Of a stretch of 64,000 nt of DNA, positions 30,701 through 38,203 are shown in pieces (position 1 is the stretch's first letter; every line of letters starts with the position of its first letter). Made by a program: the position numbers and the translations under genes. This DNA comes from a virus. Location of the stretch: positions 1 through 64,000 of IMG/VR virus record IMGVR_UViG_3300008110_000023; one strand, 5' to 3'. The notes beneath the pieces were generated by a model, which saw nothing but the letters and a program-made list of their open reading frames with translations, made no database searches and was not told the DNA's origin.

Positions 30701-33089
30701 ATTTGTATCTGTTCCTGGTAGAAGAGGTACTGAAATACAACAAAAAACACAACAAGATAAAACTATTAAAGAAGCTATTAAAGCTGTAGAAGCTGGAGCT
30801 ACAATCCTTACAGATAATAAAGCTTATATTGATTCTAATTCTTATAACACAGGAGAAAAAAGACTTTATAATGCTATGAAAGAACAAGGTTATGACTATT
30901 CTGAAATTATAATTGACGGTCAACTTATTGGTACTTGGAGTAAACCTACTCAACCAGTTACTGAAGTAGTAGAAACTAAAGAAGTTATAAATAAAATATC
31001 AACTCCTATATTAAGTAAAAAATTAGTATATACTGTATATAATCCTATTAGTGGAAAAAATCAAACTAAAAATGGTTATAAATTAACTATTCCTGAATTT
31101 CCAAATTTTGAAGGTTATATTACACAAGAAGAAATAACACAAGAAAGTAAAGAAGGAAAACCAGAACTTAATAAAAAAACAAAAGAATGGACTATAGAAA
31201 TAGTACATCCAACTAAAGGAGTACTGAATTTTCCTGTAGGCTGGGCAAAAACTAAAAAAGAAGTTATAGATACTTTTGTTAATGATATTAATGAAAAACA
31301 TTCTAAATCAGAAGAAGGTAAAAAAATATTGCAAGAAATTGGTATTGATTTTATTGGCATACAACCACAAGTTGAAGTAAAAACAACAGAAGTTATATTA
31401 AAATACTATGGTGCTTATTACAAATACAATATTGATAAAGATGGTAACCAAGTAGGAGCTTCTTTATATTCTCAAAATGGAGTAGATTATATAAGTACTT
31501 CTAGAGATTATGCTTCTATAATAGCAAGTAATAACTACACTAATGCAACTACTGGTGAAGTATTTGGTAAACCAAAAGAACCTGTAATAATACCTGAAGA
31601 AGAAGGAGATAATGCTAAATATGAATTGTTTCCTGGAGTATTTGCCAATGAAGGACAGAAAGAAGCTTTAGATAAACTAGATTCTTTTATGGCATCTACA
31701 GGTAAAGATAATGAAGCCTTTGTATTAGTTGGAAGAGGAGGTACTGGTAAGACTACTATTATTAAAAAGATGATAGGTAAATTTCCAAATTTAAGAATAG
31801 GAGGAGCAACTGTATCACATGCAGCTAAAGATATCTTAGGAAATTCTATTGGAAAAGGAAATGCATTTACTTTAGCTAGTTTATTAGGAATAAAATTAGA
31901 TGAAACTACAGGTAAATTTGAAATTGATGGTTTTAGTAGAAGAACAAAAGGAATTCCTATTGAAAAATTAGACATTATTATAATTGATGAATGTTCTATG
32001 GTTTCTGATTTATTGTTTGAAGAATTATTTAAATATAAAAAACCTAGTGCTAAAATTATCTTTATGGGAGATAATGTCCAATTAGCTCCTGTAGAACAAG
32101 AAACAGATTCTATTACTTTTAAAGCTAATAAAAACCCAAATAATTTTGCTAAGTTAACAGAACCTATGAGATTTAGTGCTGAAAATCCTATTTTTGCATT
32201 GTCTTATATAGTAGCAGATAACGTAGAAGCTCCTGAAAGTAAAGTATATACTATCCCACAATCAAGTAGAGTAACTACTTTAAAAGAAGATACTGGTATT
32301 ATATTTACTAATAGTGAAGAAACTGCTTTATCTATGTTGGTAGAAGACATTAAACAAGAACTTGAAAAAGAAGTTCCTAATACAAAAGCAGTAAAAGCAG
32401 TTACTTTTAATAATGAATTAAATAATGCTACACAATCTGTTAAAAATCTTAATCTTAAAATAAGACAAAAATTATGGGGAGAAGAAGCTAAAAATCAATT
32501 TAATATAAATGAACTTTTAACTGCTTATTCTACTTTTGGAGGAGAAAATCCTGCCTTTTATAACTCAGAAAACCTTATAGTAAAAGAAGTGTCTGAAGTA
32601 AAAGATGTTGAATACAACATAGGTGTGTTTGATTTTAAATTTAAAACTGTTTATTTAACTTTACAAAAAAGTGATGGTACAATAGTAAGTAATATACCAA
32701 CAGTTGCCAAAGAAGATTTAGAAAGATACAATAAAGAAGTAAAGGCTTTAAAATCAAATCCTGATGGAAGAATAAAATCAATAGGTTTTAAATTATCTGA
32801 AGAATTAGCTAATTTACAATATGGCTATGCTGTTACTTCTCATAAAGCACAAGGTAGTACTTATACTAATGTATATGTTTTTGAAGACAATATCTTAGGC
32901 AATAGTAATTTAAGTGCCCCAAAAGATAAAAACAGAGCTTTATATACAGCTATTACTAGAGCTAGTAAAAAACTAGTATTAATGGGTAAGTTTAATATAA
33001 ACAATGAGATGAATAATCTTAATGATATTGATATTTTCAGTACCTTTGATGATGAAACACTTGATAAACAAATAAAAGCTTGTGAATAA
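18792..33089 (+). CDS. Giant virion-packaged two-barrel RNA polymerase fused to zincin peptidase and C-terminal SF1 (Dda/RecD-like) helicase
   Basis: GFRIPTQ (RIPTQ at 27195) and catalytic GSDYDVDKL (DYDVD at 27312-27326); also TDAQ and SVDNAKE. HELIH at 29805 with downstream EFATE. Helicase motifs GRGGTGKT (31731), IIIDECSM, GDNVQL, YAVTSHKAQGSTY and LYTAITRASK. Confidence 0.9.
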   Translation: MPEKKFNLEDSSLQSAFAIQQTQGTPIEAEQTQILPGEGVDLEQGYLPIQTDFLGEQYRNINIYKGKQQSWASQAANAVGRVALNTIPTVIGNTASILDFEDYLNQDKEVGNSITNAMEELKASVNKTLPIYRTSDEHLDLGDSGWWFENGSSLAESIGAFAITGAGLGSTMSWLTSLAKVGKAGQAAATGLTALGLNQAEAITTAGQVYKDTYDFHLAKGLNEDEAQQKAADAASYSINLNRANIALNLTSANMFVRAPKLTRQIIKNTSKANTLRQGGLEALQEIGEEEINLVAEKAGKAKGEGRDYSISQAIDNVLSAEGVETGLLGALGGFGQTVGTAAINQLTGKTKEQQERFKTQQDAIKEIETISKANKVNDAASTFKTANELGKLYKQIQIIDNIENPSKELLAERKKLTDSILEVQSYNAFNNGVTDNLVDEYTKIKSMPKEEAIKKGLYDGKMDLSNPDHYINKANKAIEKINELENIYIKSQKYINSQQVYFNRADDIALKENRTQRLAILNNNKLKAEADILGKIQSGQISLSKGDNTVFYNLDNLDENPFTTPAEKQLYEEVKEKIRQIPSVQEFEESKKDYDFIEAEINKNDNAYTKATSEETQKKAKQASEETLNAVKKAQEEAVKKEAKAKADAERATEQERIKQEQLKKQQTAADAKVAAEEKAKQEAEAKKNAEETTKVETPPTSVQKPVVTPTTTEPTLSATHPFVVEGYLDAIIEDSKGKDKKYFIQSLSALNSAAEENLEGDELIEWNNYYNSITSGTTTEETTTPSSEDTATKTLKDNFKAAFEEFDINVQQQTPKVERTDDEKLSDRIQAVLDLLKATKLNTATVTLGQIVEEVNKLFDNDIEYTKKIFNDLKDIVTLLQKMRNNPEYTLTPNYTLSDAGIVETGITIEPTILSEKTSREANVELMSRVRENDPTLNFIIDGKKIESIASVASKAISDEGTEVDETLGVFRTIYNEAGELIFNPNQDAIVDSNFITEGTVITIKVEKATGNIEEDVDTAEIAMYVTTPEGERKIGYIHLPSYAGVQTLAQGELLPSIQEQLTLIQQLRRQVLENQDSILTTTVTKRGFGNVNKKGKDANGNIPTSILSNAFAGDTRVHLGVVGLVGENKKINRNDESIPLYQATDLKAGALVILLPHPSGTVVPYYAISNPIGADTGVTTKVVNTLKDFLARKIDRKQTTMAIERYVYTVPEGNIGRKGIVIKEQDGQRSIIVDGKEVKNDKNFAEVIGSVYFNMNKSILNSKDGPAYEKEIMNSNLVRTDVQANPVTYTNESGEQVTENSYFHQVTTEFSTNLNKSAKPKVQTESTVSDIERRRQGLKTINGTLRVDLGGFSIDNVSKEFYDNILHATADPFYINLKKWINEFRKTQKPFAVIDSSEIINKYNAELVALEGKPEETGTTTKEEAERLKAIEDAKAFGFEVDDELEADIPTIFDTQNDLSAEQISMMKNNPTTLLVHPELNASTQNEAVLSIAYKALTIEPETEEVEGKEVLKSTNKELVKANFIEGARVLNNLAKTNPTNATYAKAAKTMSIVAGDEVFEKLYAKATEFIKEIGFSTEESGFYNQMEALDEVDGEEEKINQFIDEAASYEDRKTGASKRFKKFLAFIPAMELIKGKAKVSRNSLLMPTFNNYDSTFTMIANILSEYNYPSTADGLQMMINRLTATDIKNPVIKEVAAKLEKAPQKIKVEFFNIFNQQHAKFKTLRLYWQKARTFKYFHQGIGGEVKTKYAERLKPTLINSDRNKAQELVREEMLTNFKQKGVILKAVTNKLDRKTNNTTLEVNTEHNKAIYDAFVTALKDDSNYQVDSRGKVNTLFFTETGFKTMYDLLSNTGISISENAFEDFLNNHITQDGTRGHKAIAGEVLGVILKSLAGEGTVIDSETVENPFELNNPFYTEGSSINILAKYEYNTRTDVFSSSFRHAGKSFYTFVRHTPLSELVLKLKNPWRANKKENSFIRGLITRDPLSKHSLWLNKMVNPTKKGDSVFADTFNLFYEKGYRDSSEKGSTPKDLKDSIEKEHELNKIISFQAQGKDTVVFHADTHSDKTTKAFIQAIKQSVDGYTGNIEEGIQLSDDSLTDLYSYFLAEYDRILQVNEQNEDPNFPAHKKLKGYHGTKAKPGLGSVFNMYHFLNYAVLKDTNADLATMLFDSEGNLRNIPKEDMAVVSGMVKEEINNNFNRLFKKVKEDWSTLGIFFTETNKLGYTRLNINSYMDAKYYDKVVNTLGIENKAVKKVTENFNQPAIDAEVAKILDYAIVDYVVNYAIATNEMLIITGDPALHGKPSKDKGSISSKNWVLKSIADTFINVGKRNARLLASGNKGMFSKQKYNVAFVNDIEEVSEHVSDYVSWLKEFEPDYIKKKFTSNMTDAQELTTVEEHLEVMRAFGKITDNQFKTLLGLYDPAAYRDLYKEEAPAYTQKEVLENLKTVMQPMKPVQVQSVLDTDIKANVQYYIKTSSFPIIPALVKGKPMESVLKQMKEAKVDRLSFVSAVKLGEHGAKNLFIEDKLNTELFKDNVIELDRDGFSIQLEVPYKENKKEVREGTQNMKLLFMDLPDSLELELSEGNKTVEEAKREYNRIHKEIIDSALTKLLGDIGATVTEDEAGFKSYKINDFTNLSKILKEEGESRGYSINSLLGLDLNKDGQFKIPLTFNPNSAQIEPVITALLSNRLVKLKMPGKSYVLGSEVLTLEPSINKEGKQTQADINVIKDIIWVSDKYKTQGKLKYYREENGKPAMAQIIMPAYFLDKEGKQIDMTKFVKNGFLDTSKIDKELLQIMGFRIPTQGHNSMMMFEVVGFLPKTSGDLVIVPAEIAAQMGSDYDVDKLYTYHYNYYVGSKSGKLKKYSKPGNIKTKQNRLLEIQSAIIMNKEVAPYIMNPLSMDDLADAIVELNKDKKEEWIGNYSTLYQRNTYFDNAAGKIGVGISANANTNHAAFQQAGVYVKGGGVVFLKPDGTPYSDIENNAYESNSVSKYKEDKYTYPDPFSDDIIDNKKDNNTAWRLDKIFTFDGKRISDIISQWLGASVDNAKEKLLGEGGINKYNFNVSLLIARTGFGNNWIIPFINQPILKEYYAILQKLEDSTEKSFEAGKKEKAIEQLFKKYTDLYKVANPNETPGIQGVTLLELKSSLNKEINADNAAAQLNILKAFLHYETISLEVGTVQKALNTDVKGLPKNIAETAEKRDFISEHGYNSSVLGNVGKIREKVISGAFMEIPRIASQLFNRKTDGSYVYAYDSSAYKWVKTGLAQIANKEFNTEQINLIHNSLQQFIYTHPELGLYGDNYEAEKQRLLYNENLADRLLQLQEKYPKNYFLSKISAVIDTNVNNPKKIKIINTTAEQKIFIERMQQEWESAFYAEPELARFAEDMAKYTMMFNANQFGASNLIKYLPFNYLNIIGAGKVLNGLELEDSLSLINFIPQFLQHNPEFAPFAKESNFLENSAVYKKDADGKDTDIIEGFKLPSLALEFDKNDARNLIQIIKVEGEEIPVYPSFLSVYGGAELGRLLFIKVNEDFYRRVDTLGNTDFTEYNFSKNGLASTILEEQKGVVDINKKTNTIESTTTDLDQLYFTTSSVHSLLENIVIRNTFATDPLAEAYGALAEKLLEQPENGYRVVVDNSIPAVGAHNRVEKLIKLNKEALLKNNELEIQRVILHELIHKETVAKLVDNKFLETKEGQAITKVFNSFKEQLQNKALSDTEKTRGIPNEFLEAEVFKLLTEASFGENKKDLNILSLNRITNSDINSPAFKELMKSLSTNLAKVDKFKASSKLEPGTERYEAVANYIKDTFTANNIKELKPKYYMYTSILEFATEALTNTKTQEYLKTFTTINQKGEKVSLWKQFIDALTTLLKFNNVNRTLAEDAIESIIDVIDYGKPAEIITPPSISVKTFDKKNLFKVTPIQTADKKATIKASIATQYIGFGEGIAGSSTELYRQQAGALANTGNYSVNDVIFVSVPGRRGTEIQQKTQQDKTIKEAIKAVEAGATILTDNKAYIDSNSYNTGEKRLYNAMKEQGYDYSEIIIDGQLIGTWSKPTQPVTEVVETKEVINKISTPILSKKLVYTVYNPISGKNQTKNGYKLTIPEFPNFEGYITQEEITQESKEGKPELNKKTKEWTIEIVHPTKGVLNFPVGWAKTKKEVIDTFVNDINEKHSKSEEGKKILQEIGIDFIGIQPQVEVKTTEVILKYYGAYYKYNIDKDGNQVGASLYSQNGVDYISTSRDYASIIASNNYTNATTGEVFGKPKEPVIIPEEEGDNAKYELFPGVFANEGQKEALDKLDSFMASTGKDNEAFVLVGRGGTGKTTIIKKMIGKFPNLRIGGATVSHAAKDILGNSIGKGNAFTLASLLGIKLDETTGKFEIDGFSRRTKGIPIEKLDIIIIDECSMVSDLLFEELFKYKKPSAKIIFMGDNVQLAPVEQETDSITFKANKNPNNFAKLTEPMRFSAENPIFALSYIVADNVEAPESKVYTIPQSSRVTTLKEDTGIIFTNSEETALSMLVEDIKQELEKEVPNTKAVKAVTFNNELNNATQSVKNLNLKIRQKLWGEEAKNQFNINELLTAYSTFGGENPAFYNSENLIVKEVSEVKDVEYNIGVFDFKFKTVYLTLQKSDGTIVSNIPTVAKEDLERYNKEVKALKSNPDGRIKSIGFKLSEELANLQYGYAVTSHKAQGSTYTNVYVFEDNILGNSNLSAPKDKNRALYTAITRASKKLVLMGKFNINNEMNNLNDIDIFSTFDDETLDKQIKACE

Positions 33090-33090
33090 T

Positions 33091-36000
33091 ATGGATTGTC
33101 CCAATTTAAATTTAAAATTCTATAAGAAGTTAACTTCTCAGTTTGGTAAGAAAACTGCCTATCAATGGCATAATATTATAAAAACTGAGAGGTTTATAAC
33201 CTGGTTTGGTTTTGGCAAAGTAGATAGTGAAGGTATGCCTAATATTGACAGGTTTGGTAACATTACTAATGGTAAAAGCCAAACTTATAGGGTATTAGGT
33301 AAAAGTAACTTTAACAGTGTTAAGGACTTAACTAACTTCTTATCTAGTAATTATACTGAAGGTATTAGATTATATAAAGGTAGTTACTACTTAGCTAAAA
33401 CTATGGATAGTAGAGAGTATGGTAGAGCTACTTTAGAAAGTCTAAATAAGCATTATCCAGGACTAATAACTCAATTACCAGTAAGTGATAATGTTTTAAA
33501 AGCAGATTATACACACAGACTAGAGATCAATAAAAACTATTTTAATAAGCCTAACTTAGAAGAACAATTTGATATAGATGTAGATGCATTACCAGACATG
33601 CCAATGCAACTTACTAATATACCTAGATTAGAATCTGGAGAAAAAACTATAAGTATAAGACCTACTAATTATAGAACAGGTATATATAAGTATGGAGATA
33701 AAGCTTATAAAATAAGTAATAAAGATACATGGAACGTTGATGAATACCTTGATTTTCATAATATTACTTTAGAAGAACTTATAGAAAGATTTTCAGGAGA
33801 TGATCAAATTAAATATGAACATATACAAGATTGGTTACAAGGTAAAGGACCTAAAATGTATGTATATGAAATTAATAGGAATATTGATGAAAATGATGTT
33901 AATACATTTACTGATGATCCAAGATACACATCTGAGATTAAAAGATTAGAATTATTAGTAATTAAATTAGAAAGAAGAAAAAAACTATCTACTTTATCAG
34001 CTAATGAAAAAGAGTCTTTAAGACTACAAATTAAAGATTTAAAAGACACAATTAAAGAACTTAAAGATGATGCTAGTAGGAGTTTATCTTTAATAATAAG
34101 TAATGCAGAAACACATATAGCACAAGTAAGAAATATATTAGCTAAAGAAGTTAACTATCATAATGTAACAAGTTCTTTAGAGTTAGTAATGCCCTATATA
34201 CAACTATTTAATGAATTTACTGAATTAACAGCAGTAGAACAAAAAAAGGTAGATGCTCTTATTGCTGCTATTAGTAAATTAGAAGCAGAAGCTAAGAAAG
34301 CAATGGCTATAAAAGCTAATAGTGTAGTAAGAAATGTAGTAGGAAAAGAAATTCTAATTAATGGAGTTGCTATTCCAGTTAAAGATGATAATACTATATC
34401 AGCATATTCTTTAGGATCTTCTAATTCTACTAATGCTATAGCTCAGACTATAACTAAAAAGATAAAAGATGTAGAAAATACAGTTGATTCTGAAAACAGA
34501 TTCTTTTTAGAAGAACATGAAAGACTTGTACAAGAATTAAAAGAATACCAAAAAGCAAAAGGTATTAAAGAAGAAGACATGTATAGATATATGATACAAG
34601 AAGATCATGAAGGAAATCCAAATGGTCTTTTTGTAGGAGCTTTAAACTCTGGATACTATGAAGCACAAAAAGAAGCTAAAAGTAAAAGTCTTGTTGATTT
34701 CTTAAAATTCTTAGGTAAAGAACACACTCTTTCTGTAAATGAAGAAAAGTTTGATGCTTATAAAGAAAGTATAAAAAAATGGGCAGATGATCAAACATGG
34801 ATAGCATCTCCTAAATCAGGAAAAACTAATGAAGAATATAAACAAAGTGTAATAACTAAGAAAATAAACCAAGCTAATCCTCAGACTTTAATAAATATTG
34901 TTAACAAATTACAAGAGGGAAAAACTATTACTTATGGAGAAACAAAGTTTGTAGATCAGTTTTTGAAAAACAATAACATGCGTCTATTAAACAAACAAGC
35001 TCATAGTAAATGGAAAGATGGTAAGTATGATACTATTATGGAGTTAGATGAAGACAATCCTCTTAAAAAGTTTTATACGCATTTTACTACTAATATAAAC
35101 AAAGGTAGAAGAGAACTTGGTGAGTTCTTTGATGAAAGGTATTTACATTACAATTATATTCCAGAAGTAAGTAAAAATAGCAGTTTCTTTAGAGAGATTG
35201 GTAATAAACTTAAGAATTCATTCACAGAGTTTCCTAACCATAGTAGTGTTACTGATACTGATATTATAACAGGAAGAGCAATGCATCAAATACCTGTATG
35301 GTCTTTATCTGGTAAAATGGATGCCTCTCAAAAATCATATGATTTAGGTAATGTACTAAAAGTATTTACAGCTCAGAAGTTTAATAAGATATACAAAGAA
35401 CAAATACAAGATGATGTTAATTTACTACTTACAGTATTAAATGAACAAGAAATGTATGAAACTGATAGTAAAGGTAATATTATTGAACAAATAGTTGGAG
35501 GTAAAAAAGTACCTGTAATTAAAAAGAATCCTAATAGTAATACTTATAAAGCTGCTCAATATTTAGTAGATTCTAATATCTATGAACAAAGACAGAATAA
35601 AGATGGTGTATTAATGACTATCTATGATAAGGATACTAAAGAAAGATTAGCAGAGTATGTTAAAATACAAAAAGAAAGAGGTTATTCAGATGCTGATATA
35701 AATAAAAACAAATATGTTGGTTTAAAAGAAACTGAAATTAATGAGTATCAAATAATAGAAAAACAATATAAAGAAGTTACTGGTAAAAAGATAGCTAATA
35801 ACCTTATATATTTAACTACTTTAAAAGGATTAGCTTTAAATCCATTCTCAGGTATATCAGAGTTTATTCAAGGGTTAACATCTGTATTTACTGAAGCAGC
35901 TGGTAATGAATTTTATAGTGATGCTAATGCTAAAAGAGCTTTAGGTTTAATACTTCATTCTACTAATCCTAAAATCAATAGAAAGAAAATACAACAACTA

Positions 36001-37035
36001 TTAGGAGTATTTGGCTTAGATGAAGCTGTGCATACAGAAGTAGAAACAGACTCTTTATTAGATAAATCTTTTTACTTTTTAAAAGAAGCCAACTACAGAA
36101 CAAGGGGTTTGAATTTATTAGCTATGCTAGACGCTGAAATAGTTAAAGATAAAAATGGAGTGGAACATAAACTACTAGATGTAATAGATGTAGAAAAAGG
36201 ACATGTTGTTTTAAACAGTAATTTTGATGAATTGTTTACTACATTTGACGCTGATGGTAAACCTAAGTTAACTGCAGAGTTTAATAAACTACAACAAAAG
36301 ATAGCTTTTATGACTAAGTCTTTATTATCTAGAGATAGTAGTAAAGACCCTATTTTAACAAATAAAAGTGCTATTGGTAGACTACTAGGACAGTTTAGAC
36401 AGTCTTGGATGTTTGAAGGTATTAACAGAAGATTTGGTAAAGAAAAAGATATACCATTATTAGGTAGAAAAACTAAAGGTTACTATGTAAGTGTACTTAT
36501 TAACAAAGATGGTAAAGTAGACTTTGGTAGAGCTTTAAGATTACTATGGAGTTATAAGTTTGATAAAGATACTTTAGCCAAAGAAAATCTATCAGATTTA
36601 GATGAAGCCAATATTAGAAAAGTACTAAGAGAGGCCAGTATAGTTGCTTCTACATTAGCTGCTTATGCAATAGCTACTTTAGCATTAATGGGAGATGATG
36701 ATGATGAAGAAGAGGAAGGTATATTATACAGATCAGTATTTACTTATATACTAAACCAATCTTATAGAGTAAATAGAGATTTAACTTTCTACTTAAACCC
36801 TGACTCTGCTGCAGAGCTTACTAAAAATATAATGCCTGCATTAAAAACAGTTACAGATCTTAAGGATATCTTTGATGCATTTACAAGAACTCTTTTATTT
36901 GATCCTTATATATATGAAGGTACTAAAAAAGAAAGACTAAGATTACTTAAAGAGTTTGAAGAGGCATTTCCTTTTATTAATCAACCAAGGAGAATGTATA
37001 AAAAAATATCAGAATCTGATAAGTTTTTACAATAA
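33091..37035 (+). CDS. Ejection cargo protein 3 (large helical virion protein)
   Basis: Likely start is ATG 33091 (MDCPN) rather than GTG 33082. Coiled coils, GRLLGQFRQSW, C-terminal hydrophobic helix followed by DDDDEEEE; last gene of the crAss cargo block. Confidence 0.7.
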   Translation: MDCPNLNLKFYKKLTSQFGKKTAYQWHNIIKTERFITWFGFGKVDSEGMPNIDRFGNITNGKSQTYRVLGKSNFNSVKDLTNFLSSNYTEGIRLYKGSYYLAKTMDSREYGRATLESLNKHYPGLITQLPVSDNVLKADYTHRLEINKNYFNKPNLEEQFDIDVDALPDMPMQLTNIPRLESGEKTISIRPTNYRTGIYKYGDKAYKISNKDTWNVDEYLDFHNITLEELIERFSGDDQIKYEHIQDWLQGKGPKMYVYEINRNIDENDVNTFTDDPRYTSEIKRLELLVIKLERRKKLSTLSANEKESLRLQIKDLKDTIKELKDDASRSLSLIISNAETHIAQVRNILAKEVNYHNVTSSLELVMPYIQLFNEFTELTAVEQKKVDALIAAISKLEAEAKKAMAIKANSVVRNVVGKEILINGVAIPVKDDNTISAYSLGSSNSTNAIAQTITKKIKDVENTVDSENRFFLEEHERLVQELKEYQKAKGIKEEDMYRYMIQEDHEGNPNGLFVGALNSGYYEAQKEAKSKSLVDFLKFLGKEHTLSVNEEKFDAYKESIKKWADDQTWIASPKSGKTNEEYKQSVITKKINQANPQTLINIVNKLQEGKTITYGETKFVDQFLKNNNMRLLNKQAHSKWKDGKYDTIMELDEDNPLKKFYTHFTTNINKGRRELGEFFDERYLHYNYIPEVSKNSSFFREIGNKLKNSFTEFPNHSSVTDTDIITGRAMHQIPVWSLSGKMDASQKSYDLGNVLKVFTAQKFNKIYKEQIQDDVNLLLTVLNEQEMYETDSKGNIIEQIVGGKKVPVIKKNPNSNTYKAAQYLVDSNIYEQRQNKDGVLMTIYDKDTKERLAEYVKIQKERGYSDADINKNKYVGLKETEINEYQIIEKQYKEVTGKKIANNLIYLTTLKGLALNPFSGISEFIQGLTSVFTEAAGNEFYSDANAKRALGLILHSTNPKINRKKIQQLLGVFGLDEAVHTEVETDSLLDKSFYFLKEANYRTRGLNLLAMLDAEIVKDKNGVEHKLLDVIDVEKGHVVLNSNFDELFTTFDADGKPKLTAEFNKLQQKIAFMTKSLLSRDSSKDPILTNKSAIGRLLGQFRQSWMFEGINRRFGKEKDIPLLGRKTKGYYVSVLINKDGKVDFGRALRLLWSYKFDKDTLAKENLSDLDEANIRKVLREASIVASTLAAYAIATLALMGDDDDEEEEGILYRSVFTYILNQSYRVNRDLTFYLNPDSAAELTKNIMPALKTVTDLKDIFDAFTRTLLFDPYIYEGTKKERLRLLKEFEEAFPFINQPRRMYKKISESDKFLQ

Positions 37036-37048
37036 TTGAAGGCGTAGT

Positions 37049-37090
37049 AAAAAAAATCCCCTTAGGAAAACCTAGGGGGATTATTTTATT
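37049..37090. terminator. Bidirectional intrinsic terminator at the convergence of the two genome arms
   Basis: A-tract, AATCCCCTTAGG-AAAA-CCTAGGGGGATT hairpin, then a T-rich tract; lies between convergent stops. Confidence 0.85.
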
Positions 37091-37346
37091 TGTTTGTAAT
37101 TTCATTAAAATACAGTTTTCTTATACTATCATAAGATTCTTCATTGAAATTGTCTATTATTTTACCTTCCTTATCTTGTTTAATAAGTCCTAGTACAAAT
37201 AATGCTTGACAAAATCTAAGATCCTTATTTTTCTCATCTTCAAAAAACTGTCTTAATTTATTGCAAATTTGGACATTAGCTGCTTGTCTTGACATTTCTT
37301 CTATATTTAAGTTCATCTCTAAATACTTCATCATAAAAAGGTACAT
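37086..37346 (-). CDS. Hypothetical protein (start probably 37295)
   Basis: ORF with DLRFCQAL...DNFNEES motif. Confidence 0.55.
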   Translation of the reverse strand: MYLFMMKYLEMNLNIEEMSRQAANVQICNKLRQFFEDEKNKDLRFCQALFVLGLIKQDKEGKIIDNFNEESYDSIRKLYFNEITNK

Positions 37347-37728
37347 GTCTTACATAATTACCTTCTATGATATTTTCTATATGGTCAGTATCTAGGTCTT
37401 TAATATGTTTCCATATAGTACCTTCTTCTATCCATTTACCTTCTTTGGTATAATTAATTCCCCAGAATAAACATTCTCTTCTAGTCTCATGATTTTCATC
37501 ATCCATTACAGATAAATCTTCATAGTCAAAAACATCTGCTGTTCTTCTTAAGTAATTAAGACCTCCATCTACACAATATCTTCTACCATTAGCATCTATA
37601 TGGCATACATAATCATGCCTATATTTACTTACAATAACAGTACCATCTGGAGTTCTAATTGCATTATATAAAATTCTAACTTTATTAGATTCTATTTTTA
37701 CTTCATAATTTTTTTCACTAGCATCCAT
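37276..37728 (-). CDS. Phage hypothetical protein (HDY...VDGG motif)
   Basis: NAIRTPDG...SKYRHDYVCH...VDGGLNYLRR and DLDTDHIENI. Confidence 0.6.
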   Translation of the reverse strand: MDASEKNYEVKIESNKVRILYNAIRTPDGTVIVSKYRHDYVCHIDANGRRYCVDGGLNYLRRTADVFDYEDLSVMDDENHETRRECLFWGINYTKEGKWIEEGTIWKHIKDLDTDHIENIIEGNYVRHVPFYDEVFRDELKYRRNVKTSS

Positions 37729-38185
37729 GTTCAGGTATATTATTTATTCCAGTACTACCAAAGCCACCATTACCTCTAATAGTGTTATCTAGATCATCTA
37801 CTTCTTTAAGTACACAACCACTTAATTTATTAAAAACTCCTTGTGCTATCCTATCTCCATGGTTTACTACAAATTTGTATTGTCCATGGTTAATTAAGAT
37901 AATACCAATAGGTCCTCTATAATCACAATCTATAGTACCTGGACTATTAAGTACAGTTACTTGATTATTTAATGCTAAACCACTTCTTGGTCTTATTTGT
38001 AATTCAGTACCTATTGGTAATTGCATAGCTAATCCAGTTGGTATTAACATACTATGGCCAGGTTCTAATACTACAAAGTCTTTTTCTGCATCTAAGCATG
38101 CATATAAGTCAAACCCAGCTGCGCCAGGAGTGGCATATTCTGGGATTTGTGCAAACTTACTTAACTTCTTTACTTTTATTCTCAT
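37718..38185 (-). CDS. dut: dUTPase (trimeric)
   Basis: AAGFDL, RPRSGLA, GTIDCDYRG, GDRIAQ and RGNGGFGSTG motifs I-V. Confidence 0.97.
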   Translation of the reverse strand: MRIKVKKLSKFAQIPEYATPGAAGFDLYACLDAEKDFVVLEPGHSMLIPTGLAMQLPIGTELQIRPRSGLALNNQVTVLNSPGTIDCDYRGPIGIILINHGQYKFVVNHGDRIAQGVFNKLSGCVLKEVDDLDNTIRGNGGFGSTGINNIPEHGC

Positions 38186-38203
38186 GTGTTTTAGTTTTAA
38201 ATG

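Noticed and set aside
20463-31975. Numerous minus-strand ORFs inside the RNAP gene, and other antisense ORFs in the track (e.g. 429..734, 14114..14419, 45659..45952, 54642..54911)
   Set aside because: These are antisense shadows of strongly biased coding sequence, with no motifs or start contexts.
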